Source of the DNA: Escherichia phage vB_EcoS_MM-1
Direction: 5' to 3' (one strand)
Sequence record: PV577657
DNA: 64,000 bases
Part shown: in pieces, positions 26,507-35,609 of the stretch
Numbering within the stretch: position 1 is the first letter of the stretch
Layout: each line of letters opens with the position of its first letter
The notes under the pieces: generated by a model
The model's database searches: none
Told to the model about the DNA's origin: nothing
The model's input: only the letters and a program-made list of their open reading frames with translations
Position numbers and translations under genes: made by a program

Positions 26507-26732
26507 TTTTACTGATCCTAATATGATAGGTATTGATACTAATATGTCAACTTATCAGATTAAAACTGCTGAACCAGAAACGTTTGTGCTAAAAACAGAT
26601 AAAGAAGGTAATGTTACTTTCTGGGACCCTGAAGGTTTTGTAGAGCTTTGTACTAATACGGATAATGAGCATTTAAAACTACTATTAGCTATTTATAATC
26701 TTGGTATTATAGAAGGTTGTAGAAGCAAGTAA
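26469..26732 (+). CDS. hypothetical protein
   Basis: ORF track; start uncertain. Confidence 0.4.
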   Translation: MGKTDLEVQEANNFTDPNMIGIDTNMSTYQIKTAEPETFVLKTDKEGNVTFWDPEGFVELCTNTDNEHLKLLLAIYNLGIIEGCRSK

Positions 26733-26735
26733 TAG

Positions 26736-26772
26736 AAAAACCCCGGTGGATTTTGTCCACCGGGGTTTCTTT
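26736..26772. terminator. bidirectional rho-independent terminator between convergent early and late blocks
   Basis: CCCCGGTGGA-tttt-GTCCACCGGGG flanked by A-run upstream and T-run downstream. Confidence 0.8.
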
Positions 26773-26788
26773 GTACTATGTATATGTA

Positions 26789-29557
26789 CTATGAGTTATC
26801 TGGCTTAATAAGCTCGCTAACAAGTTTCTTCAGTTCGGTTAATTCTTGCTCAAGTTTGTTAACTTTATCAGCTTGATAACGAAATGCGCAAGCTAGGTCT
26901 GCCATAATGACGTTGTTATCAAGCGCTAATGTGTCATCTGCTTTGTCAACAACAATTTGACGATCTACATATTCTTCACCTTCATCGTTAACACCTACAA
27001 CATCTGCAAAAATATCACCTCCCGGGATTAATTTTACGTATTCGGGATCTATTTTTAGCAGGTCTTGGGCTATTAAGCCGAATCGTTGGATATCGCTACC
27101 GTTGTATTTAAACATCGTTGGCAACCACTGCATAACTCGGTCATAGCTTTCTTTTCCATCTGTATAAATTATATCGTGCTTTAAATCTCTGTCAGAGTTA
27201 GCGGCCTTTTGAAAAATGAAATTTCCACTTGATGACCATGTGGTTATATCGTTTGAGGCTGGCTGAAACTGGAAGTTACAGAAAAAATTACCATCACCAC
27301 GAAGTCTTAGCGAGCAAAAAGGCCAAGCATTATTTCCCTGTGGGATAAGTCCCCAAGTTGCGCGAATTGGATAACCACCAGTGGATTGTGTACCCCATGA
27401 AAGGCCAGGTGCCCATCCACCATCATTGTTAGCAATAGTCTCACCCCAAACAAGAGCATTACCCCAATAGTTAGGAGCATCCCATCCCATTTGTTGGGTT
27501 TTGCCAGTGTATTGAGCAGAATGCGTTCTGCCGTCAGGGTAAAACTTGTGCATATAGGACCGTATCCCTGCTTGATACAACTCTATTCCAAAAGATTCAA
27601 CGTGTGTGTCGCCTCTTCTGATTAAACCAGCGATAGCGTAATCGTCATACCAGTTGTAACGACTTACACCAGTCCATGTGTTTATTGGTGGATTCATGAT
27701 TGAAAATAGTTGTGACGCATTGCGTTCATTCCCATCTGCATAAATACCAGCCCCAGGAGCTAAGGAAATACTTTTCGCTCCTGAAAAAGTACCATTTTCA
27801 TTAAACTGATAATACTGTGATGCCCCATTATGAAATACGCCTATTGTATGCTTTCCTACGCCTACTTGAGTCTCAAAATAAGACTGAGAAGAACCAATAT
27901 CTTCGCCTTGTGTATTCTTTAATTTTGAATGATATATACCTGCATTTGCAGTAGTTGCATTTTCCGTTTCGTTTTCAACATTAAGACTTAGGAACTTTGG
28001 TGCATGTTTCTCACCAAGCCCTATATTATTTCTGATACCATTCGCATCCTTAGCACCTGTACCACCAAATTGAATACCTAGTGGTAGCCATTGATTGGTT
28101 GTAGCATCATAAACGCCCCAATGATCCCCACCATCTGGAATGGTTAGATACTTGTTTTTATTTGGAGAATATAAAATTGTTTCACCAGAATTCTGAAACA
28201 GCCTATCAACTCCTAAATTATATCTAGCACCTTCAGGAGTATCTGCTCCTGTACCACCAGCCGCAGTTGATAATGGAAGAGTTTCCCATGATATTCCATC
28301 ACCTTTTGTATCTCTCTGAAGTACAATAAGACCATCATCTCTAATAACAAATCTATATAATCTATTATGTGAATATAGAAAAGTATGAACCCCATCTTGT
28401 ACAAGTGAGTCTATAAGGAGTGTCTGACGAGAAGCATTGATATTTGACAGATCTGAGAGATTATTTTCTTTTAGTAACGATTTACTAATGATACCTTCAG
28501 CTTTTCCAGCAGCTACTTCCGCACGCCCAGCGTCTGTAGATGCACTTTGTGCGCTACCAGCAGCATTGCTAGCTTGTTGTCCTGCTTCGGTAGCGCTATT
28601 ACTTGCTTGTGCAGCCGAGGCTGCAGCAGCATCTTTTAGCACTGTAGTTTCCGTTACCGCACTATCCTTAATACCTTGTGTGTCTGTTTTTAATTGCTCA
28701 ACATCAGATTTTAAAGCCGTTGTTTCACCTATAGTGCTGTCTTTAATTAGTTGAGTATCTGTTTTTAATTGCTCAACATCTGATTTTAAGCCTTGAATAG
28801 TAGTTACTGATTGGTTAGCTGAGGCTGCGGAATGGGCTGCATTAGTCTCACTAGTTTTTGCATTGGTTTCACTAGTTTTTGCATTGGCTTCACTAGCTTT
28901 TGCATTAGTTTCCGAGGTTTTTGCAGCGGATGCTGATGCGGCGGCTTGTGCAGAGAATATTTCTGCCCCATCTCTATAGCCTTTAGAATCCGAAGCAGAA
29001 GCAGCAGCATTAGTTTCACTAGCCTTTGCCTTATCTTCACTAGTCTTTGCTGCAATAGCAGAAGCAGCAGCATTAGTTTCACTAGCCTTTGCCTTATCTT
29101 CGCTAGCCTTTGCATTAGTCTCACTAGTTTTTGCGTTAGTCTCACTAGTTTTTGCATTAGTTTCACTAGCCTTTGCCTTATCTTCGCTAGTTTTAGCATT
29201 AGTCTCAGATATTTTAGCTGCAGCTGCTGATTCCTCCGATTTAGTAGCTGATGCAGCAGATTGAGTAGCAGATGTAGCGGACTGAGTGGCAGAGGCTTCA
29301 GAAGCTCCAGCAGAAATAGCAGCTTCCTGTTCAGAGTTCTTAGCATTAAGCTCCGAAGTTTTAGCCGCTATCTCAGAATCTTTTGCAGCTGCAGCAGACT
29401 TAGCTGCAGCCTCAATAGAAGATACTAACTCACTTGCAGTAATAGAGCTAATAGAATTACCTAGAGTTACTGTATATCTAGGAAACTTACTAGCAGTAGC
29501 TTTAGTATCATCAATATTTAATATTTGTTGTACAATAATTTTAGTAGTTACTGCCAT
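26789..29557 (-). CDS. L-shaped tail fibre (pb1-like) with C-terminal intramolecular-chaperone domain
   Basis: N-terminal Ala/Ser-rich heptad repeats (TSETNAK); C-terminal SDRDLKHDIIYTDG...FGLIAQDLLKIDPEYV resembles the S74 auto-processing chaperone domain. Confidence 0.75.
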   Translation of the reverse strand: MAVTTKIIVQQILNIDDTKATASKFPRYTVTLGNSISSITASELVSSIEAAAKSAAAAKDSEIAAKTSELNAKNSEQEAAISAGASEASATQSATSATQSAASATKSEESAAAAKISETNAKTSEDKAKASETNAKTSETNAKTSETNAKASEDKAKASETNAAASAIAAKTSEDKAKASETNAAASASDSKGYRDGAEIFSAQAAASASAAKTSETNAKASEANAKTSETNAKTSETNAAHSAASANQSVTTIQGLKSDVEQLKTDTQLIKDSTIGETTALKSDVEQLKTDTQGIKDSAVTETTVLKDAAAASAAQASNSATEAGQQASNAAGSAQSASTDAGRAEVAAGKAEGIISKSLLKENNLSDLSNINASRQTLLIDSLVQDGVHTFLYSHNRLYRFVIRDDGLIVLQRDTKGDGISWETLPLSTAAGGTGADTPEGARYNLGVDRLFQNSGETILYSPNKNKYLTIPDGGDHWGVYDATTNQWLPLGIQFGGTGAKDANGIRNNIGLGEKHAPKFLSLNVENETENATTANAGIYHSKLKNTQGEDIGSSQSYFETQVGVGKHTIGVFHNGASQYYQFNENGTFSGAKSISLAPGAGIYADGNERNASQLFSIMNPPINTWTGVSRYNWYDDYAIAGLIRRGDTHVESFGIELYQAGIRSYMHKFYPDGRTHSAQYTGKTQQMGWDAPNYWGNALVWGETIANNDGGWAPGLSWGTQSTGGYPIRATWGLIPQGNNAWPFCSLRLRGDGNFFCNFQFQPASNDITTWSSSGNFIFQKAANSDRDLKHDIIYTDGKESYDRVMQWLPTMFKYNGSDIQRFGLIAQDLLKIDPEYVKLIPGGDIFADVVGVNDEGEEYVDRQIVVDKADDTLALDNNVIMADLACAFRYQADKVNKLEQELTELKKLVSELIKPDNS
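28810..29260 (-). repeat. in-frame 21-nt tandem repeats encoding the TSETNAK heptads of the tail fibre
   Basis: Repeated GCATTAGTTTCACTAGCCTTT-type units on the plus strand. Confidence 0.7.
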
Positions 29558-29979
29558 TATTTAGTTACCCCATCACTGATAAATACTTTACCCTCCATTA
29601 TACGAAAGGAGCTAATTGCAGATCCTATAACATCTCTAGTCATAATTATATCATAGTATCCTGCGAATCGCTGACGAGGGTTATATTTATCTCTATCTTT
29701 AGATGCTCTAGCCCCTATATTTTCCACAGATTCTACTGGCAAACTTATAGCTACAGCCCCTTGAGCAGCATCAATAATATTAGTAGTAAAGGATGCTAAT
29801 ATCTCCGCATTCTCATCTAGGCTATTTTTTATAGTACCCCTTAGAGAATACCCGGTTAAGTTAACGGGGGTATTTGTAGGTGGATAAGTACTATCATCAA
29901 CATCTAAGAACCGCATCATTAAACCATATGGTACTTTCTCATCTATTACTAAATCTATAACTCTATTTTCAGTACTCAT
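29557..29979 (-). CDS. tail/collar protein (T5 p140-like by size and position)
   Basis: 140 aa, between pb4-like and fibre genes. Confidence 0.5.
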   Translation of the reverse strand: MSTENRVIDLVIDEKVPYGLMMRFLDVDDSTYPPTNTPVNLTGYSLRGTIKNSLDENAEILASFTTNIIDAAQGAVAISLPVESVENIGARASKDRDKYNPRQRFAGYYDIIMTRDVIGSAISSFRIMEGKVFISDGVTK

Positions 29980-29982
29980 TAT

Positions 29983-32055
29983 TTACCTTATATGGATGTA
30001 CCCGTTTTGCAGGTCTATCTTCATTCTGTAATAGGCTTCCGGATTATCAGATAATGCAGCGTTTCTATCATAAATAACGTTAACACCGATCTGAGATAAG
30101 AAGGCATTATTTGCTACAATCTTACTGGCGGTTACCGTACCATTAACTATCATATCGCCATGCAGTACCATTGCTGGGTTAACCCAACCGGAACCATTCC
30201 ATTGACGAGTAAATGCAGATTGCGGAGCATTACTATTAAACTCTGTCAATACATCATATCTAACTGGAGGACTACCAAAGTTATTCTGGAAGAAGGCATT
30301 AGCCTGCCCATCATCCCAACCACCAAGACCAGGAATACCTAAGGAATACATTCCAGGACCACGTTGTCCATCATGTCCTATAGTACCTTCAGTACCACTC
30401 CACTGAACTACATCAGACCAGCTAGTACCTGCAAGTAGCTTATTAGTAACTGGGTCAAGTGTACCCGTAGTCGCATAGATATTTTGTGTCATATCTGTAC
30501 GATTAGGTGGAGTTTTTGACCAACCAGGAGGCGGATAATCTTGTTCTAGTGGCTTTGCTGGAAGTGCAGTTGATATCTTATAAACAAATACTGTTTGCTT
30601 GCCCTGTATACCTGTTTGGATATCTACATCGCCATTTGGTGTTCCAATTACTACTCCACTAGAAATACGTAGTACATCACCATCATAACGAATCCACTGT
30701 GTGGCATTACCAATGTCTAACTTAGCTTTGGCAGAGGTATTATCCATGCCCATCCAAATACCGGAGTTATTATCCCCCCAAGATTTACCTTGAGTGTAAA
30801 TTGCTGGATTATCCTTACCGGATAAGTTAGTCATGATAAAATTCGCAGCATTAATATCTCTAGTAATTACTTTACCATCAACGTTAACAACACGGTTTAT
30901 AGGATCAAAAGAAATAGGTGCTTTTCCCTCTTCATCTAGCAGACCAATGTTAATAGCACCAGTAGCTGCATCGATTAAGAATGTCTGTCTCCAGATTTCT
31001 CCATCTTTCATGCTGCCCTTAATAAAGGCATAGTTAACATCAATACCAGTCTCATTGACAAAGCTGTTATCTAGAGGAGTATCTTCATTCAATATAAATG
31101 TTACAGGAGCTGATTCTGTTATATCTTGTTTATTTGGTCCCCAGGCAATTGATGATACCTTAAAGGTATGTTCAACTTTCCATGGGAATGATATAATTGT
31201 TGCAGCTCTGGCAGCACCAACGTTTATCTTTTGAGCTTTAGCCCAGCCAGTCTTAGCGTATTCTTCAGAATTTATATATGTAACCAAGAACTCACGAACA
31301 TTAGCACCACCACCGCGTTCCCAATCCCACTCAATTCTAACATCATATCGTTCTTTACCATCAGCAATTCGTGCAGCTTTAAAAACAATATTGATAGGTG
31401 CAGTAGGAGGAACAAAATTATAAGCTACTGTTAAAATATTAGGGAATTCATAGTACCCAGAAGAATCAACTGTAACACCATCAGGCATAGTTACTTGACC
31501 AGATATTCTGATCTTATAATCTCCGATAGGAACTCCACCAAATTTAATAGTAGAACCTAAAGCCCCAATGTAATACTTAGTCCAAGGACTGTCTTCAGTA
31601 GCTGTACTTTTTAACTCAATAGTACAGTAGCTTGCTTCACCAGTTGTTTCTACGACAACTATCGGTGCACCTACCCCAACATCCACAGGTTCTGATTCAG
31701 ATCTTGCTGCAACAATTATTGGCTTCTCTTTTGTCCTAAAGTTAGTCTCATTAGAGAGATTGATACCAATCTTAGCCTCTAGCAGTTCAGAATCAATAAT
31801 AGAGTCGTAGAAAGCCCCTTGAATCTCGTAAGAGGTTGAAGGGGTCAGGTTATTAATCATTATGAAGAAAGTATCTATACCAGTATAATCACGTCTATCT
31901 ATACTTTCTCCTGTCTTTAACCAAAAAGATCTACCAATAACGTCATAGTCAGTATATATAGAGTGCTGGACATATGCCATTGTATATCCAGTCATTATAC
32001 TATTTAAAACCATTTTGGCTGGTGCATTATTCGAAATCATTAAATGGATGCCCAC
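29983..32055 (-). CDS. baseplate/tail-tip protein (pb4-like)
   Basis: 690 aa, follows the baseplate hub as in T5. Confidence 0.6.
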   Translation of the reverse strand: MGIHLMISNNAPAKMVLNSIMTGYTMAYVQHSIYTDYDVIGRSFWLKTGESIDRRDYTGIDTFFIMINNLTPSTSYEIQGAFYDSIIDSELLEAKIGINLSNETNFRTKEKPIIVAARSESEPVDVGVGAPIVVVETTGEASYCTIELKSTATEDSPWTKYYIGALGSTIKFGGVPIGDYKIRISGQVTMPDGVTVDSSGYYEFPNILTVAYNFVPPTAPINIVFKAARIADGKERYDVRIEWDWERGGGANVREFLVTYINSEEYAKTGWAKAQKINVGAARAATIISFPWKVEHTFKVSSIAWGPNKQDITESAPVTFILNEDTPLDNSFVNETGIDVNYAFIKGSMKDGEIWRQTFLIDAATGAINIGLLDEEGKAPISFDPINRVVNVDGKVITRDINAANFIMTNLSGKDNPAIYTQGKSWGDNNSGIWMGMDNTSAKAKLDIGNATQWIRYDGDVLRISSGVVIGTPNGDVDIQTGIQGKQTVFVYKISTALPAKPLEQDYPPPGWSKTPPNRTDMTQNIYATTGTLDPVTNKLLAGTSWSDVVQWSGTEGTIGHDGQRGPGMYSLGIPGLGGWDDGQANAFFQNNFGSPPVRYDVLTEFNSNAPQSAFTRQWNGSGWVNPAMVLHGDMIVNGTVTASKIVANNAFLSQIGVNVIYDRNAALSDNPEAYYRMKIDLQNGYIHIR

Positions 32056-34889
32056 TCCACAGACTGTTCTCCATCATCTCCTTCTGCTCTAATACGAAAA
32101 TATAGTTTTCTATTTATTCCTAGAGCATCACTGTTATGAAGAGCAAAATCTGCCTTATTATACATTAATAAATAGTCATAAGTATACTGATTTTCAATAC
32201 GTACACTTCTTAGCATTCTATTCTGGGAGTCATAGATTTCCAGAGTATAGAATATACTTTCTATTATATCTTCTTCTGGTATCCTATCCCAAGCTAGTTT
32301 TACATCTGGGCCTACAAATTCAGTTACATCCCCAGAAGCCGTATTAGTTACCCTAAAATTAGATACTATACTTAGGTTTTTAGCAGAGTTAAGTTCTATA
32401 GATAAGGTTACTGGAGAACTTCTTCTACCATTTATATCCACAGCCCTTATTTCAAATATCGCTAAGCCTGCAGGCTCTCCAATTATCTCTTGGATCATGC
32501 GTTCATTGGGATTTGTTTCTAGTTGCTGCACAATATAAGGCTCAGCATGCCCGGAATGCACGATAGAGTAATAAACTACGTTATTAGTTAAGCTTGGAAG
32601 CCAAGATAACTCACCATTTTTTCCTATAGAACCAACTAAACCACCGGGTGTAGGAGTATATTTAAAATCTCTAGGAGGAAGAACGTTGTTACTAATATCT
32701 GGTATATCATTACCACTATTATCTACTTGATCAGAGTTGATAAATACATCTTCCCCATACTCCTGTAGAGTAACATTTATCTTTCCTTCTCTAGAGTTTT
32801 CGACTTCATCTACTAAAAAGTACTTCTTATCCCATCCGTAACGGTCGTATGTAAATGCAATAGCATCGTTAGGCTCAATACCAATGAATTGATATGGTAA
32901 AGAAAATGAGAGGGTTCTAGAATACCTAGATTTCTTAAGTTCTCTGTCTGCAAAACTTCTAGCAGTATAGTAGTTAGTTATATTTGCAAAAGATAATTGT
33001 AATTTTTTATCTAAATTTTTATCCTGCTCTTTATATTTAGAGTTATAAAAGGTAATAGAGTTAGTTTTCCAGCTAAGAGCTGGGTCTACTATGGATGCTT
33101 GAACTGAGTTGAATTTATTTCTACCAGTAGTATCTGATAGCTCTAAATCACCATAAGTATCCAGAAAATTAATCTCTAATGGAGTATTAGAATATTTTTC
33201 TACAGTAATCCTATATTGACCAGATAAGTTGTTAATAGCCCCACCGTAGGATTCTAGTAAACCTTGCACATTTTTAAATACTGATTCAGATGTATCTAGA
33301 ATAGTATTCATTTGTACTATTTGTCTATTTTCTGCTAATGGATCAGTCCACCCAACATATCTCCAGTATGGCTGCCAGGATACTTGGTAAGATTCATCTA
33401 TAATATCTAAGATAGCAGCTTCTTGTACCAATTGTTGTAGGGGGAACTGATCAATAGCAATGTTTGCACCATACCTATCTGAAGTTAAGTAGTCAAGTGT
33501 TTGCCAAATACCATTTAAACTAGTACTATTAGCAGTTACTCTACCATCAGGATGATAGATTTTTATCTTCTTACCCTGAATCTCAGCACTAACTTCTGGA
33601 ATCTCAGTTCTATTTTCATTAATAGTAAAGCGTACTACCGCGTATGCAGTATCTAATAGTTTATATCTAGCATCCCAGTACTCAGGCCCATTACCGTTCA
33701 TATTTTGGAGATAGAACCCACGTTCCTTCGCTATATTTACTAATACTTCAGAAGCCGTTTGATCAGCTTTTCCATGATAAGTCCAAATCCTTATATCACC
33801 ATTACCATCATTATATTTATATTCCTGACCGTGCACAGAAGGACTACTAGAAGATATTCCTGATGCTATTCTTTGCATGGTGTCTCCTGCTACTTTTTTA
33901 ACACCGAAACAGGTTCTAGCAGAGCTATCATTAGAGTCCATACAAATCATAGGGTTATCCCCAAAGGAAAAGTCAAGAAAACCGTCTATCTCTCCTTCAG
34001 CAAAAGCGTATACTACGTAAACTATATTAGGATTGTGTAATTCCGTATCCGCAAAAATAGGTATTCCCGGTATTTTCTGTACACCATAAACTACTGGTAT
34101 ATACTTAGCAGCAAGGTTAAAATCTATATCTACTTCTTTAGTAACAGTCTCATAATACTTTTTAAGACTATAACTTCTAGATAGTCCAAATAGCTTTTTC
34201 TTAGACTTTAGCTTGTATCTTTCTTCCTGTACCTGATACTTTGCTAGAATAGAGATACTTTTATTGGCATGAAAGAACCCATAATCTTCCTGGTACTCAA
34301 GTCTTTTAGCCCCGTTAGATGGAACTAATTGTCCTGCTACAACCTCAAGCCCTCTATGAGAAGCATCATCAGTAAACCTACCGTTAACCCTATCAAAATC
34401 ATAGAATTGGTTAGAACAATTCCAAGTAATTGTAGAGGTTCCAACCCCAGAAGTACTAATGTTGTCCTTAATACCTCCACCAGTAATTCTCCCTCTAAAG
34501 TATAATAAAGGGCCATTTGTGTCTGGGTCTACAGGTAAAATAGAACCATCCTCTGTAATAATTGCTTGATGAATTGATACTAGTCTATCTAAAAAGGACA
34601 CACCATTCTGCACTAATTTCAGTACTTCATCCTGCGCTGTACCTGTAATAGTAAAGGATAGGCTGCCAATAGATAAATCTCTATTTTGTTTATGTGTGCT
34701 AATAGACTTAACTTTACCGGCCTGGTACAAAATACCATTATATAGTACATCTCTAAAATAGTCAGTTAAGTAAATAAAAGCAGTACTAGTACCAGTAGAG
34801 CCGGGTAATTCTAGAGAAATTAGACTAGCAGTTTTTATTCTGCTATTATTTTTTAAGTAGTTTCTAGCACTATCTAATATTTTTTTCAT
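32040..34889 (-). CDS. baseplate hub / tail-tip protein (pb3-like)
   Basis: 949 aa, same as T5 pb3; downstream of distal tail protein. Confidence 0.7.
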   Translation of the reverse strand: MKKILDSARNYLKNNSRIKTASLISLELPGSTGTSTAFIYLTDYFRDVLYNGILYQAGKVKSISTHKQNRDLSIGSLSFTITGTAQDEVLKLVQNGVSFLDRLVSIHQAIITEDGSILPVDPDTNGPLLYFRGRITGGGIKDNISTSGVGTSTITWNCSNQFYDFDRVNGRFTDDASHRGLEVVAGQLVPSNGAKRLEYQEDYGFFHANKSISILAKYQVQEERYKLKSKKKLFGLSRSYSLKKYYETVTKEVDIDFNLAAKYIPVVYGVQKIPGIPIFADTELHNPNIVYVVYAFAEGEIDGFLDFSFGDNPMICMDSNDSSARTCFGVKKVAGDTMQRIASGISSSSPSVHGQEYKYNDGNGDIRIWTYHGKADQTASEVLVNIAKERGFYLQNMNGNGPEYWDARYKLLDTAYAVVRFTINENRTEIPEVSAEIQGKKIKIYHPDGRVTANSTSLNGIWQTLDYLTSDRYGANIAIDQFPLQQLVQEAAILDIIDESYQVSWQPYWRYVGWTDPLAENRQIVQMNTILDTSESVFKNVQGLLESYGGAINNLSGQYRITVEKYSNTPLEINFLDTYGDLELSDTTGRNKFNSVQASIVDPALSWKTNSITFYNSKYKEQDKNLDKKLQLSFANITNYYTARSFADRELKKSRYSRTLSFSLPYQFIGIEPNDAIAFTYDRYGWDKKYFLVDEVENSREGKINVTLQEYGEDVFINSDQVDNSGNDIPDISNNVLPPRDFKYTPTPGGLVGSIGKNGELSWLPSLTNNVVYYSIVHSGHAEPYIVQQLETNPNERMIQEIIGEPAGLAIFEIRAVDINGRRSSPVTLSIELNSAKNLSIVSNFRVTNTASGDVTEFVGPDVKLAWDRIPEEDIIESIFYTLEIYDSQNRMLRSVRIENQYTYDYLLMYNKADFALHNSDALGINRKLYFRIRAEGDDGEQSVEWASI

Positions 34890-35500
34890 AGACTTTCCCG
34901 TAAATTTAATGAGATGTTGGAGTATGTTCCGTTATTATTTAGTGTAGATCCAAAAGCATCACCATTCATGAGTTTTGTTCTAAATAGTATTCCATTAAAT
35001 ACTGGCTTCTCCGCTCCAGTAGTAGTTATAAATAAATCAGGGTATAAGTTTATGGACCATGTATTACCTGATTTGTTAAATGATGTTATTTTATATACTT
35101 TTGGGTGGTTAGACAGCTTAAACAGATCTCCCGGTTTTGGAGTACCTGTAAGAAGTCCTTTTGTATCCATAGTTATATTAGAACCTTTCTGTCCAGCAGG
35201 TATATTTACTAGACTAGTATTACCTCTAACTCTAAAAGCTTCGTATTGGGGTAATATAACATCTATATAACCACCAGTCCTTTTGTATTCTAGAATAAAA
35301 GCATCTAGAACACTATATTCATCTGGAAATAATTCTGGATAAGAAATATTTATACCCCAGTATTGAGCAGATACCTTAACTTCGTTAACTTTACCATTTG
35401 GTAACTCATCACGAATTACTGGGTCATTATCAATCAGGTTAACACTTTCGAATCCTAAGCCTGAAAGTTCTGGATTCGTGTATGGGTCTGGTAATCTCAT
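34886..35500 (-). CDS. distal tail protein (pb9-like)
   Basis: 204 aa, immediately after the tape measure gene. Confidence 0.6.
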   Translation of the reverse strand: MRLPDPYTNPELSGLGFESVNLIDNDPVIRDELPNGKVNEVKVSAQYWGINISYPELFPDEYSVLDAFILEYKRTGGYIDVILPQYEAFRVRGNTSLVNIPAGQKGSNITMDTKGLLTGTPKPGDLFKLSNHPKVYKITSFNKSGNTWSINLYPDLFITTTGAEKPVFNGILFRTKLMNGDAFGSTLNNNGTYSNISLNLRESL

Positions 35501-35569
35501 AGTTAATTTCTCCTCTTTAATAACAATATTATAATAGTATTAGAAAATTTTATCAAGAAATTTTTATTT

Positions 35570-35603
35570 TTCCATAAAGAAAAGGAGGACTCAAAGTCCT
35601 CCT
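35570..35603 (-). terminator. hairpin terminator/attenuator after the tape measure gene
   Basis: AGGAGGACT-caaa-GTCCTCCT with T-run on the minus strand. Confidence 0.5.
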
Positions 35604-35609
35604 CCAGTT

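Noticed and set aside
28437-29346. ORFs in other frames and on the opposite strand of the tail-fibre repeat region (28804..29346 minus, 28946..29230 plus, 28437..28754 plus, 29286..29564 plus)
   Set aside because: Low-complexity translations (Leu/Gln- or Ser/Cys-rich) produced by reading the 21-nt repeats out of frame; the fibre gene frame has the coherent heptad and C-terminal domain.
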